DNA of 62,770 nucleotides, counting the filler, from Octopus bimaculoides (taxonomy: Eukaryota): NCBI RefSeq assembly GCF_001194135.2. It is 4 parts of 4 records of this genome, joined end to end, with 100 filler letters (N's around TTAATTAATTAA, not from the genome) between each part and the next. Parts side by side here need not be neighbours in the genome. Positions count along the whole stretch, not along the records: positions 1 to 24,521 come from NC_068987.1; 3 more parts are not named here. One strand, 5' to 3'. Positions 1 to 13,463 of this stretch are shown piece after piece. Each line of letters begins with the position of its first letter. Position 1 is the stretch's first letter. The translations under genes were made by a program, and so were the position numbers. The notes under the pieces are model-generated. The model was given only the letters and a program-made list of their open reading frames with translations. It was not told the origin of the DNA and did no database searches.

Positions 1-39
<39 letters not shown>

Positions 40-88
40 GAGATGTAATCTATGGATGGAATTTATAAATATTTTAATATATATATAC

Positions 89-119
<31 letters not shown>

Positions 120-205
120 GATAGATAGATAGATAGATAGATATAATATGTATACAATGGATAATCTGTGGTTCATATGATGGCTGGTTGACTGGTCGGA
201 TGGCT
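1..205. repeat. Compound microsatellite (GATA)n/(TA)n/(TACA)n/(GGTT)n
   Basis: Direct reading of tandem 2-4 nt units. Confidence 0.95.
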
Positions 206-2213
206 GGTTGGTTGGTTGGCTGGTTATTATCTTCTCTGATATTGATATTGATTCTTTTGTTGCCAAAGTTCAATATTTAGGCTCATTCAATATTTCTCCT
301 TGTTCACCCATTCATGTAGTATACACATGCGCGCGTCTCTGTGTGTGTGTGTGTGTACGTCTGTGTGTATATCAATTACAGTCATCCACTTACTCACTTA
401 CTTACTCGTAATAAACTTGTTAGTTAGTTAAGTTTGATAATACATCATGCTAATGACATTAAAATATTTTCAACTTGATATGCTCTCACTTTATACGACT
501 TCAACCTGAGAGCGTTATTTAACCTTCGGTGAATGTGCTGTGCATAGTAGTCTAGTTAATACAGCTATGGGGAAAAAGTTATTTCAATGATCAGGTAGAA
601 TGTGTCAATAAAATATGGAAAAATTTTCCCACTCAACAGATACATTGATATTCAGATGCTATAGCTAAGGAAAAATAAAGATATGCACATATTCCTAGAT
701 AACTTTTGATTTTCAATTGGAATTCTTCTCTACTATCATCAAGTCTTATTCCTTATTCCTCTGCCAAAAGCTTTTGTGATGCTTATTCTCTTCTCTCCAC
801 CACTGTTTATTAGTTTATGTAAAAATGCCAAAATTGATCATATCAGTGAATTTTTATCAATATTCATTAGATCTAATGTCCTCTTATGCTAATCCTATAT
901 CTTCCACTTTACTCGTTTGAATGGTGAAATGAATAACAAGTTATTTAGAGTTAGGAGTTAGAAAGAAAAGTTGTGTTTTGCAGTTCTGACTGAGTGCAGA
1001 TTATACAGGCTTTTTTTCCTTTTCATTTTTTTTTTTTTGCTAATATTTTTAATGAATTTTATTCTAAACAGGCAGCATATGTAAAGTAAAGCAATTTTTC
1101 ATTCAACTCCTTTCTTGACAGCCATGCTAAAATGGCTTACTGCTGAGGTTAACTCTCTTTCCGTTTTTAGTCTCTTATGTGCATTTTTGATGGCTACTAC
1201 ATAGGGATGTGTGATAATGCTAGAAATGGGAAAGCATCCAGCTGGTTTTTATAGCAGATTGTATTTCCTTCCATTTTACTACTGGTTTAACACATTTACT
1301 GATGAGGGAGCTTTTAACATAGTTGCTCAACCCGCAAATAATTATAACAAAATCTCATCTTCTTCAAATCTGACCATTCTGTCTAAGAAAAGAATGCTTC
1401 TTTGGAAATTGTGGTCCTGGCTGCATTATTGTTCAGTAAGAAGATGGGATAGTCATTGTTGGAATGTCTTTGATAACAGGTTCTCCTCAGTCAGTGCTAG
1501 CCCATGGCTAAATTACAACGTAACAATTACAGATGCTAATTACTCAAGAGCAAAGGTAGGTGTTTGCTGAAAGGGGTCTCAGGGAGTAGCGTCCTTGCCT
1601 TCCTAAGTTAGTTTTCCACCACATTTCTTAAAAATCGTGGTAGAGGCCTTGGTCTTGGGACTACTCATGTCTAGAAACTGAGGTTGGGGGTAAGCAAGTG
1701 CATGCTCCCTGGAGAAAATCCAGCTCCAAAAATGCTTCATGATAGTAAGGGAGAATGGGCACCAGCCATCCCAAAAGTTGGGGTGGGCTGCACCTGCCTG
1801 CCTCAGTTGCTATGGTATTGAGGTAGATCCAACCACTCCTGTTAACAGGGACAAAACCCAGATTTAAAACACTGGATGATGAAAGGGAAAATAGTGCCAG
1901 TTATTTGTGAGATTAGGCAAATATGCTCTCGCTTTTGCTTGGCTTACTTAAGCATTCTTTAATCAAGTATACCCCTTGTCATTATGGATTTATTCTCAAT
2001 TAGTTACAGTTATTAAGTTATTTATTGCAACGTTACTTATAACAGCACTTGTTTTAGTATTTATTTTCCACTTGGAAAATAAATATTTCTACTATTTCAT
2101 TTGTGTTTTATATTGCTTTGTCACACTAACATACATACATTATTAGTTTATGTTAAAATAATAAACATTTCTCTCACTATTGACCTAGCAGACACATGAA
2201 TGACAATACTTCA

Positions 2214-2262
2214 CTGATGAGGTCTAATCAAACCAAAACAGCCTGGAGTTGTTAGTCTGGTT
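2214..2262 (+). ncRNA. Decayed hammerhead-like motif in a probable Penelope pLTR relic
   Basis: CTGATGA-GGTC-taatca-AACC-AAAA; the conserved GAAA is mutated. The stem II region resembles the motif at 43429-43469. Confidence 0.35.
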
Positions 2263-2622
2263 GCCATAAATTCCTATTTTCCAATTTACCTATTTCCAAT
2301 TTTGGTGGTCTCTTGGGCATCAACTCTTAAAGATTCTTTATGATTTCAAATTGTTGTTCTAGTCATGGTTTGACTGAGTTAAGTATTGTTTCACAAGCAC
2401 AGGCATGGCTGTGTGAGTTAAGGAGCTTGCTTTGCAACTATGTGCTTTTGGGTTCAATCCTACTGCACAGCACCTTGGGCAAAAGTCTTGTGAGTAAAAA
2501 CAGTAGGCAGTGTATGGAAAAGAGCACTCAAGTCTGTTGAGATTTTGAGAAACAACAATTCATACTTTTTATACACAAAAAGATGAATGTTGTTGTTATT
2601 ACTAATGACAAAATGTTAAGAG

Positions 2623-3030
2623 AGCGCAGGAGTAGCTGTGTGGTAAGTAGCTTGCTTACCAACCACATGGTTCCGGGTTCATTCCCATTGTGTGGCACCT
2701 TGGGCAAGTGTCTTCTACTATAGCCTCGGACTAACCAAAGCCTTGTGAGTGGATTTGGTAGACGGAAACTGAAAGAAGCCTGTCGTATATATGTATATGT
2801 ATATATATATGTATGTGTGTGTATATACTTGTGTGTCTGTGTTTGTCCCCCCAACATCGTTTGACAACTGATGCTGGTGTGTTTACGTCCCCGTAACTTA
2901 GAGGTTCGGCAAAAGAGACCGATAGAATAAGTACTAGGTTTACAAAGAATAAGTCCTGGGGTCGATTTGCTCGACTAAAGGCGGTGCTCCAGCATGGCCG
3001 CAGTCAAATGACTGAAACAAATAAAAGAGA
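2623..3030 (+). mobile_element. Full-length tRNA-derived SINE (family A: head, internal TA/TG microsatellite, conserved tail)
   Basis: A-box-like GCTGTGTGGTAAG and B-box-like GGTTCATTCCC. Head and tail recur in the window: tails near 3413-3690, 7455-7615, 13478-13685; heads near 6319, 33568, 42115, 44775, 53743, and 11636-11755 and 61378-61450 on the minus strand. Confidence 0.85.
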
Positions 3031-3433
3031 GCTTTTGTTCTTGGTCTAGCAGATAAAATGATGTTAGTTACTTGCCAAATACTGGCCTCTAATGACATTC
3101 ATCCTCTGACTGCTCATTGCCTTTCTGTTGTCAGCTGCTGTCCACCATCTCTGTTGGTCAACTCCTAAAGTGTCTACTATCAATGCTCTCTTCTGCATCC
3201 CAAAACTCTCTGTCTCGTAGTCATGGTGTGTCGAATTTTATACTGGTCGATAAGCTCGGAAGGAAACTAACCTAAAACGAAAAGAAATTGTTGCCAGAGC
3301 CCATTCGACATGGGGTTGTGACTGATCAGATTTTGTTGATCACATGGGTAATATTCTAGTGAATCATGATGTCAAGCCATTACTGAATATTCCCGCTACA
3401 ACGGAAACTGTGTGGAAGCTCATTGTGTGTGTG

Positions 3434-3482
<49 letters not shown>

Positions 3483-4508
3483 ATCATTGTGTTTGTGTTT
3501 GTGCTCCCCACCACCACTTGACTACAGGTGTTGGTTTGTTTACATCACAGTAACTTTGCAGTTTGCCGAAAGAGACCAACCGAATAAACACCAGATTTAA
3601 AAATCAAGTACTTGAGTCAATTTGTTCTACAAAACCCTTCGAGATGGTGCTCAAGCATGGCCATGGTTCTTTCTCTGAAATGAGTAAAAGATTTAACTCA
3701 CCTCAACACAACCATGACTTGAGACAATTAAAGCTACCATGCTTGCAACATTAACTTCATTACTCCTGCCCCAAGAAATAACATAATAGCCACAACAGAG
3801 CATGAACTCACGACTATACTGTTCGTAGTCAAACACCCCTAACCATAAAACAATTTTACTTCACCATTTTAGACAACAAAATATTGTTTTAGATAATTTC
3901 ATTATAGATTTTATTTAATAAAATAAATGTTTCTGTTCAGATTCTATGAAATTATTATTACTGTTATTTAAAAAAAAAACAATTTTATTTTTATTTTAGT
4001 TCTTTCTTTTTTTTTTTTTTTTTTTTNNNNNNNNNNNNNNNNNNNNNNNNNNNNNNNNNNNNNNNNNNNNNNNNNNNNNNNNNNNNNNNNNNNNNNNNNN
4101 NNNNNNNNNNNNNNNNNNNNNNNNNNNNNNNNNNNNNNNNNNNNNNNNNNNNNNNNNNNNNNNNNNNNNNNNNNNNNNNNNNNNNNNNNNNNNNNNNNNN
4201 NNNNNNNNNNNNNNNNNNNNNNNNNNNNNNNNNNNNNNNNNNNNNNNNNNNNNNAAAAAAAAAAAAAAAAATTTAAATAGAAAAAAAAAATGTCATATTT
4301 TCGATTCAGACTGTAGATTTTCTGTTGTAAGAAGAAAGAAGCCTTAGTTTTTAGCAATCTGCTTTAAGAAATTTATATGCCATTTGACTTTCTTGGCAAC
4401 CATCCATTGAAGTGAAAATGTAAGAAGATAAAAAATAAAAAAAAAAGAAACAAAAAAATATAAAAATTACAAAATAAGGTCTTGACTTTCACTGTTATAG
4501 CAGAATAT

Positions 4509-4510
<2 letters not shown>

Positions 4511-4542
<32 letters not shown>

Positions 4543-4880
4543 GAGTCAAGAGTCATCGGAGTCATCATTATCAGAGTTATTGTTGCCTACATCATGGTCA
4601 TCATCATCATCACCATGGTTAATATGATCGTTCATCATTATTGTCAACATCATCATCATCATCATCACCACAATCATCATCAGCAGCAACAGCATCACAA
4701 TCATCATCATCATCGTTGTCGCCGTCGTCGTCGTCATCATCATCATCATTGTCACCATCATTATCATCGTTGTTATCGTCATCATTGTCATTGTCACCAT
4801 CATCAGCATAATGATCATTATCATCATCATCATCATCATCAACATCATCATCACCATTATCATCATTGTAATCATCATCA
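4511..4880. repeat. Degenerate (CAT)n/(CAC)n trinucleotide tract
   Basis: Direct reading; source of the poly-His/Met/Asp pseudo-ORFs. Confidence 0.95.
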
Positions 4881-5235
4881 CTTAACATCTGGCATAGTCC
4901 CTTTCCGATGAATGCCCTTAACTAATGCCAGCCCCTGAATGTACTGGATGTATTTCATTTATTTATTTTTTTTTTTTTTTGTGCGACACCAGCACTAGTG
5001 ATGATCACCTCAAATACATATATAGACAGAGAGAGAGAGAGAGAGAGAGATTTTAGATAAGTTCCACACTCCATTCTTATGCTAATTCTTGACATAGTTT
5101 GCCAACAACCATCATATAACTTCTGATATGTTAACCATATAGAACACCATATAAAAATGGAACACAGGTATCATAGCAGTATTTTATGCTCTATATAATG
5201 TACACGTGTTTCAGAAAGCCAACTACTATTAACTA

Positions 5236-5278
<43 letters not shown>

Positions 5279-5924
5279 NNNNNNNNNNNNNNNNNNNNNN
5301 NNNNNNNNNNNNNNNNNNNNNNNNNNNNNNNNNNNNNNNNNNNNNNNNNNNNNNNNNNNNNNNNNNNNNNNNNNNNNNNNNNNNNNNNNNNNNNNNNNNN
5401 NNNNNNNNNNNNNNNNNNNNNNNNNNNNNNNNNNNNNNNNNNNNNNNNNNNNNNNNNNNNNNNNNNNNNNNNNNNNNNNNNNNNNNNNNNNNNNNNNNNN
5501 NNNNNNNNNNNNNNNNNNNNNNNNNNNNNNNNNNNNNNNNNNNNNNNNNNNNNNNNNNNNNNNNNNNNNNNNNNNNNNNNNNNNNNNNNNNNNNNNNNNN
5601 NNNNNNNNNNNNNNNNNNNNNNNNNNNNNNNNNNNNNNNNNNNNNNNNNNNNNNNNNNNNNNNNNNNNNNNNNNNNNNNNNNNNNNNNNNNNNNNNNNNN
5701 NNNNNNNNNNNNNNNNNNNNNNNNNNNNNNNNNNNNNNNNNNNNNNNNNNNNNNNNNNNNNNNNNNNNNNNNNNNNNNNNNNNNNNNNNNNNNNNNNNNN
5801 NNNNNNNNNNNNNNNNNNNNNNNNNNNNNNNNNNNNNNNNNNNNNNNNNNNNNNNNNNNNNNNNNNNNNNNNNNNNNNNNNNNNNNNNNNNNNNNNNNNN
5901 NNNNNNNNNNNNNNNNNNNNNNNN

Positions 5925-5997
<73 letters not shown>

Positions 5998-6318
5998 GTA
6001 TGTATGCATATATATATGTACATGCATATATATGTATTATAAACATTTACTTATACACATACACAGACACAAACATATGCACATACACGCACACACACAT
6101 ACACACACGCATATATACTCATGTGTGTGTGTGTGCATTGTTTGTGTGTACAATTGTCCTGACATCCTGTTATGGTTATTAAAAAAACTATGATTGTCTT
6201 AGAAGAGATTCTGTTTGCTTCCAGTTTTCTGTGAAACACATGACTTCCCATGGGAAATATCGATTTGCTTGGAAGCAAGTGAGGGTTGGCCAATGCAAAC
6301 ATAGAAAAGATGGATGCT

Positions 6319-6477
6319 AGGCAGGCTGTGTGGTTAGAAGCTAGCTTCCTCAACCACATGGTTCCGGGTTCAGTCCCACTGCATGACACCTTGAGCAAGT
6401 GTCTTCAACTATAGCCTCAGGCCGACTAAAGCCTTGTAGAGTGAATTTGGTAGATGGAAACTGAAAGAAACCCGTTG
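6319..6477 (+). mobile_element. SINE family A head running into (TA)n and a gap
   Basis: High similarity to 2623-2785. Confidence 0.8.
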
Positions 6478-7817
6478 TATATATATATATATATATATAT
6501 ATATNNNNNNNNNNNNNNNNNNNNNNNNNNNNNNNNNNNNNNNNNNNNNNNNNNNNNNNNNNNNNNNNNNNNNNNNNNNNNNNNNNNNNNNNNNNNNNNN
6601 NNNNNNNNNNNNNNNNNNNNNNNNNNNNNNNNNNNNNNNNNNNNNNNNNNNNNNNNNNNNNNNNNNNNNNNNNNNNNNNNNNNNNNNNNNNNNNNNNNNN
6701 NNNNNNNNNNNNNNNNNNNNNNNNNNNNNNNNNNNNNNNNNNNNNNNNNNNNNNNNNNNNNNNNNNNNNNNNNNNNNNNNNNNNNNNNNNNNNNNNNNNN
6801 NNNNNNNNNNNNNNNNNNNNNNNNNNNNNNNNNNNNNNNNNNNNNNNNNNNNNNNNNNNNNNNNNNNNNNNNNNNNNNNNNNNNNNNNNNNNNNNNNNNN
6901 NNNNNNNNNNNNNNNNNNNNNNNNNNNNNNNNNNNNNNNNNNNNNNNNNNNNNNNNNNNNNNNNNNNNNNNNNNNNNNNNNNNNNNNNNNNNNNNNNNNN
7001 NNNNNNNNNNNNNNNNNNNNNNNNNNNNNNNNNNNNNNNNNNNNNNNNNNNNNNNNNNNNNNNNNNNNNNNNNNNNNNNNNNNNNNNNNNNNNNNNNNNN
7101 NNNNNNNNNNNNNNNNNNNNNNNNNNNNNNNNNNNNNNNNNNNNNNNNNNNNNNNNNNNNNNNNNNNNNNNNNNNNNNNNNNNNNNNNNNNNNNNNNNNN
7201 NNNNNNNNNNNNNNNNNNNNNNNNNNNNNNNNNNNNNNNNNNNNNNNNNTATATATCATCATCATCATCAGCATCATCATCATCATGTCATCATCATCAT
7301 CATCATCCTCATTTAACATCATTTTCCATGTAGGCGTGGGTTGGATGGTTTGATTGTGGTCTGGAAAGCCAGCAGCTGCACCAGGCTCCGATCAAGAAAT
7401 AGGAGCTAAAATGCTTGAAATGAGAATTATAATACTCCTTTTTGGTGAAGCATTGCAAACTGCTGTTTATATGTCCCCGTCACTTAGCAGTTCAGCAAAA
7501 GAGGCCAATAGAATAAATACTAGGCTTACAAAGAATAAGTCCTGAGGTCAATTTGTGTGACTAAAGGCGATGCTCCAGCATGGCCACAGTCAAATGACTG
7601 AAACAAGTAAAAGAATATATATATATTTACATGCATGTGTGTGTGTGTGTATATATATACAAATATATATATATATGCATACATACATATATATGCGTGT
7701 TTGTGTGTGTGTGTATTTACATGCATGTGTGTATGTCTGTTGTAAGTATGTATTTATATTGACACAATAGATGTGATCTTTTTCAATTTATTTTATAATT
7801 TTCCTATTTGAATACAG

Positions 7818-8041
7818 CTTGAAGAAGAAATTGCTGAGTTAGAAAATGACATACGTGAATTGAATCTCGCGATTGCCAATAAAAGAGGTCCCATGAAACT
7901 AGCACAGACGCGCCTCGAGAATCGCACGTGTCGTCCCAGTGTAGAACTGTGTAGAGACGCCCCACAGTATGGTCTTACTGATGAAGTGAAGCAGCTTGAA
8001 GCTACAATTGCAGCTCTTGAAGAAAAACTGAAGCAATCTCA
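7818..8041 (+). CDS. TEKT2: Internal coding exon of tektin-2 (tektin B1)
   Basis: Acceptor ...ctatttgaatacag| and donor |gtaagt. The 224-nt exon (phase 0 to phase 2) reads LEEEIAELENDIRELNLAIANKRGPMKLAQTRLENRTCRPSVELCRDAPQYGLTDEVKQLEATIAALEEKLKQS. It contains the tektin signature RPxVELCRD and QYGLTDEVxQLEATIAAL as recalled from vertebrate TEKT2. Confidence 0.92.
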
Positions 8042-8086
8042 GTAAGTATTTTCTTATGAAATACAAATATTATGAAAAAATGATTA

Positions 8087-8320
8087 AGGCAGTGAGCTGG
8101 CAGAATTGTTAGTGTGCCGGACGAAATGCTTAGTGGTATTTCACTCGTCGCTATGTTCTGGGTTCAGATTCTGCTGAGGTTGACTTTGCCTTTCATCCTT
8201 TCAGGGTCGACAAAATAAGCAGCAGTTGAGGGTCAATGAAATCAACTTATTCACTCCCCCAAAATGGTTGCCCTTGTGGCAAAATTTGAAACGATTATGA
8301 AGAAATTATTATCTCCCTTG
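8087..8320 (+). mobile_element. tRNA-related SINE family B
   Basis: AAGGCAGTGAGCTGGCAGAA...GGTTCAGATTC...GCCTTTCATCCTTT...CAAAATTTGAAAC. Related copies near 12590-12800(-), 16090-16295, 16660-16860(-), 17000-17222, 20378-20590, 22700-22925, 58645-58830. Confidence 0.8.
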
Positions 8321-8480
8321 AAATAACTGTGACCACAAGGAAACCATGTAGTTTAACTCTGTAATGTCTAAAATTATTAATGGTGTTTTTGTATGTGACC
8401 ATTCTCTATACATTTGAAATGCATCTATATATTTTGAGTATAACATTTATTTTTATAAGGAAAAGTTAAACGATGATTTT

Positions 8481-8512
8481 AAGGTTTCATTATGGAGTGC
8501 CTTCATCAGACT
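8481..8512 (-). ncRNA. Decayed hammerhead-like motif
   Basis: Minus strand reads CTGATGA-aggcactccataat-GAAA-cc-TT; stem II is broken. Confidence 0.3.
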
Positions 8513-8971
8513 AATGTCTAAATTATCAATAAGTGAGGGGAAAAACAGATTTATGAACCTCTTGCAGATTATTTATGAGATATTTGATGCAAAACTTTTC
8601 ATATCATATCCATGTGATAGATATATATTCTGTAAGTAAATAGACAGAATAGGCATCAGATATTAAGAAAGTAAACTGCTTTATTACTTTAAAACAATAT
8701 GTAAAAATATTTTGACAACAAAACATGCTTACTTTCATATCGACAGAATAGTGCATCGATAGCCAGCTGGAAAAGACGTTTATCTAAAAAAAAGTAGTAG
8801 CACCGTCCCAATCAGGACTGCCACATTACGTTGGCAAACAGACCTTACTATCTCTGTCTGTCTGTCTCTCTCTCTTTGTCTGTCTGTCTCTGTCTATCTG
8901 TCTGTCTGTCTGTCTCTCTCTCTCTAGCTACTACGCATTCTTTTTTTCTCTCCTTGTTTTTTTCTGTGTTC

Positions 8972-9007
8972 CTTTCTGTAGAAGAGTGTAGGCTCGAAAT
9001 GTTAAAG
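8972..9007 (+). ncRNA. Minimal type I hammerhead ribozyme motif, A6-to-U core variant
   Basis: cttt-CTGTAGA-a-gagt(gtag)gctc-GAAA-tg-TT-aaag: 4-bp stem I, 4-bp stem II, ATGT as a CpG-decayed ACGT palindrome. Follows a CT-rich tract. Confidence 0.55.
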
Positions 9008-9096
9008 ACTTTTTCCCTTCCCGAGCGTTAAACTAATACATCCATTTGTTGTTTACACCACCTGTATTTGTCTGTTGTTTTTTGGGGGGAATTCTC

Positions 9097-9143
<47 letters not shown>

Positions 9144-9879
9144 TGTATATATAGTCCAACCTATGTCAGCATAGAAGGCACATATTAAATGATGATGATG
9201 ATATATATTATTTATAATAATAATAATATATATGTATATAAAACTGTGGGATCAGGAAGAGCATCCAATCATAAAAACCATGCCAAAGCAGACAAGGGAG
9301 ATTGGTGCTTCTCTCCAGCTCACCAGCTCCTGTCAAACCATCCAACTCCTGCCAACATGAAAGACAGATGATAAATGTTGGTGATGATGATGATGATGGT
9401 GATGTTATATGGATAGTATTGGAACTTTCTGCAGAAAGTCAGAATTGAAAGAAGAGCTCTATATTAGTCAATAGAGCTGAATGTTATTATCAATGTAGTC
9501 TACCAGCCCAGTTAGGAGTACCGCAGGTTTTGAAATCTATATTTGTTGACAATTATTCAATGTCTTACATTTCCTAGATCTCTCATCAGCCTTAAATAAG
9601 AAGGTAATTATATACGTGGGGNNNNNNNNNNNNNNNNNNNNNNNNNNNNNNNNNNNNNNNNNNNNNNNNNNNNNGGGGGGGGGGGGGTATGTGTGTGTGT
9701 AGTAATAATGGTTGCTGGAATAAATTGCGTTGAAGCTTTTTATGAGTGCACTCAAAAACATTTCACATAAACGAACTTAAAGGATATATGTACATATGTA
9801 TGTGTGTGTGTGTGTGTGTGTATATGTTGGCCTATGCTAGTGGGTGTGACCAGCCCATTTATAAGTACCCCTCATTCAG

Positions 9880-10310
9880 TGGACAATAAACTTTGCTTGC
9901 GAAGACCTGTTGAGGCAAGTGAAATCAAAATCAAAATCGCTGATGTGGTCGATGACAGTACCGCCTGATTGGCACTCGTGCCAGTGGAATGTTAAAAGCA
10001 CTATCTGAGTATGATCGTTGCCAGGGCCGCTGATTGGCTCCCGTGCCAGTGGCATGTAAATAGCACCATTCGAGCATGATTGTTACCAGCGTTGCCTTAC
10101 TGGCGCATGTGCTGGTGGCACGTGAAAAACACCATTCGAGCATGGCTGGTTGTTGCCAGTGCCACCAGACTGGCTCCTGTGCAGGTAACATGTAAAAAAA
10201 CACCTTTGGAGCATGGCCATTGCCAGAACCACCTTGCTGGCCCTCGTACCAGTGGTACGTAAAAGCACTCACTACACTCTCAGAATGGTTGGCGCTAGGA
10301 AGAGCATGAT
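9880..10310 (+). mobile_element. Interspersed repeat with five ~65-bp internal tandem subunits ending in an RTE-type (GAT)n tail
   Basis: Unit GCCAG..CCGC.TGA.TGGC..CCGTGCCAGTGGCA.GTAAAAAGCACCATTCGAGCATG starts near 9954, 10020, 10085, 10155, 10220. Single units also occur near 25745, 33790, 39230. Confidence 0.75.
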
Positions 10311-11999
10311 GATGATGTGTGTGTGTGTGTGTATGTATGTCACACACAAGAAACATATACACATCATAAACACACACACATATATATACATATGCATACA
10401 TACATAAATACTTATATTCATTGAATTCGATGCATTAAATTAATATTTTTATGAGAATTGGTAATGATGTAGTTTTTACATTTTCAAATTCATGTTTATT
10501 GGTTTTAGACAAAGTAGGCCAGGACTAATCTGAAGGCACAGCCATAATTATTTTAATATCAACAATTCTACAACAGCCACCAAACATTATCATTATCATT
10601 TGTATAGAAATAATGCCATTGAAAAGTAAGGAATCCTTGGAAGTCATTGAGGCTCTTAATTCTATCGTATTGTTTCTTGCGGAGGTGTTACAGTGCGAAA
10701 CGTAAGATAACAAATTATTGATTTACTTTTGTAAGTACAGAGACATCAGTGAGCATCAGCATCATTGACATCATCTTCATCATCAATATCACCACCACCA
10801 CCACTATCATCACTAACATCACTACCACCACCACCACCACCACCNNNNNNNNNNNNNNNNNNNNNNNNNNNNNNNNNNNNNNNNNNNNNNNNNNNNNNNN
10901 NNNNNNNNNNNNNNNNNNNNNNNNNNNNNNNNNNNNNNNNNNNNNNNNNNNNNNNNNNNNNNNNNNNNNNNNNNNNNNNNNNNNNNNNNNNNNNNNNNNN
11001 NNNNNNNNNNNNNNNNNNNNNNNNNNNNNNNNNNNNNNNNNNNNNNNNNNNNNNNNNNNNNNNNNNNNNNNNNNNNNNNNNNNNNNNNNNNNNNNNNCAC
11101 CACCATCACTATCGCTACCACTACCATCACCACTATCGTCATCGTCATAGTCATCATCATTATCACCACAATCACCACCACCACCATCATCATCATCACA
11201 ACCATCATTATCATTTTAACACTTTCTAATGCTTATGTGATCAGACGAGTGTTCACACTCATCTGTTTCCAAGTGAGATAGTAATTTACCTGTCTGTCGA
11301 AGAACAATCAATCCAGACAATAGTCACATGAAGAACTGGGAACAAATTACACCTTTTGAATGAGCCATTTGTTTACAACATCATGTGATGTGTCAAGCCA
11401 CTTCAAGAAGCTGGGACATGCTTTTGCGGTGAACTGCAAGCAAATGACTGTCTGACACCATTGGTGAGGCCATTGTTTACAATCAGTGAACAGAAGATGA
11501 GAGGAAATACAAGCTCACACAAACATGTGTATATCTGCATGCACACATCCCATACACGCACACACACACACACGCGCACACATACATACAACAGTCATTT
11601 TTCAGTTTCCATCTGTTTCACTTGGCAGGCTTTGGTTAGCCCAGGGCAGCTACAGATGACACTTGCCAAAGGTGCTGCACAGTGGGACTGAACCAGAAAC
11701 CCTATAGTTTGGAAACAAGCTTTTTAACCTCATAACCGTGACTGCACTTGGCGCAGTTAAAAATATAAAAAAGTTACAACCATCTTGGATAAGTTGCTGA
11801 CTTTCTACAAATATCAGTTCAGACCAATACCAGAACAGTGTTCAGATACGTGGAAGAATGCTGTTGTATGCAAAAACACTTGAAAGAGAAACTGAAAGTA
11901 GATCACCTGATTGATGAGGTAGCTCACTTGACTGATGAGCAATGAATCACCTAGAATGACACTATCACCACTGGTTCAAAAAGCTACAAGTTCCATCAT

Positions 12000-12340
12000 C
12001 ATCATCATCATCAACATCGTCATCATTTAATGTCTGTGTTCCATGCTAGCATGGGTGAGATGGTACCACAAGAGCTGACCAGGCCAAAGCATGCATCAGA
12101 CTTCTGTGATTATTTTGGCAGGATTTTTACAGCAGGATGCCCTTCCTAACACCAACCACTCAGCAGAGTGGACTTAGTGCTTTTTACATGGCACAAGCAC
12201 AGACGAGGTCANNNNNNNNNNCAACCACTCAGCAGAGTGGACTTAGTGCTTTTTACATGGCACAAGCACAGACGAGGTCAGTTTTGGCAAAGGTTTTTAC
12301 AGCTGGATGCCCTTCCAAACACCAACCACTTTACAGGGTG
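12000..12340 (-). mobile_element. RTE-type 3' tail repeat (CCAACCCATGCCAGCATGGAA...TTAAATGATGATG family)
   Basis: The same tail with (ATG)n end recurs near 7300, 9190-9400, 12810-12950, 18660-18800, 28130-28410, 29640-29815, 30850-31100, 33780-33970, 36850-37040, 39220-39410. RTE assignment is inferred. Confidence 0.7.
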
Positions 12341-13432
12341 GACTCGATACTATGACAATTACCTGTGCTGCTCTACATGAGCAAACAGATTACCATTTCT
12401 GCTCTAGACCATCTGATGTACTTAATCCCTTCTACTTAATCCTCCTTTTATCCCTTCCCCACCAACCCTGTGCTAAACAATTTCCAAAACCTTTCAACTC
12501 TGAGCTGGGTCCTCTGGAATTCCTTTCCTTGATCATATGGCTTTCCGAAAGGGAATTTGATCCATAGATATGTAATTTCTAAATAATGTAAATACTGGTT
12601 TTGAATTTTGACACAGGGCCAGCAATTTCGGGGGAAAAGGTAAATCAATTACAGTGTTCAAGTGGTACTTATATTGCCGACTCCAAAAGGATGAAAGGCA
12701 AAGTTGACCTTGGAAGAATTTGAACTCGGAATATAAAAACCAAATGCTGCTGAGCATTTTGTCCAGTGGGATAATGATTCTGCAAGCTCGCTGCCTTAAA
12801 TATTGTAAACCATCATCATCATCATCATTGTTGAACATCCACTTTCCCTGCTGGCATGGGTTGGACGGTTTGACTAGGGACTGGTAAGCCAGTAGGCTGC
12901 ACCAGGCTCTAATCTGATTTGGCAAGGTTTCTACAGCTGGATAGCCTTCCTATATCTACTCATGTATATATACATGTTGTATCTATTCATACAATATATA
13001 TGTATGTATACATGTTAATATATACTCATACCTAGACTGTACCCTTGAGCAAGGCTCTTTGTTTCAAGTTGCTCCAGTTTACTCAGATGTAATACATAGC
13101 AACCAGTGTGCTTGGGCAGCCCTCTCTCCCTCCACCTGTCCCATCTTGGATGTCCCACTAGGTCAATGATAAAGTGCTGAAAATGTATCTGTGTTTGCAT
13201 GTGACCACATGGGCACTTGAAACAACTACCGAATGCATTGTACATGTTACCAAGCCATATTCACTCATGGACGATGGCTGGTTCTATTGTTTAGAATTTT
13301 CATAATAATACTGCTGAAAGATTTTTTTTCTTTTTTGTCAAAGTCCATTGGGTATTATTTGAAAACCCATGGCTTGTCACTGCTGACACACGTTATAGAT
13401 TTGCCATCACTGACTTATTACATTGATATATG

Positions 13433-13463
<31 letters not shown>

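Noticed and set aside
4546-4911. Poly-His/Met/Asp ORFs and the many [12 protein letters not shown] ORFs
   Set aside because: Translations of microsatellites; no splice or homology support.
5171-7353. Long 250-335 aa ORFs (also at 31.8, 37.2, 40, 46.7 and 55.2 kb)
   Set aside because: They span N gaps and are mostly X.
9563-9592. Minus-strand CTGATGA...GAAATGTA motif
   Set aside because: Neither stem I nor stem II pairs.
12153-12280. Perfect 59-bp tandem duplication
   Set aside because: The copies flank a 10-N gap: an unmerged contig overlap.
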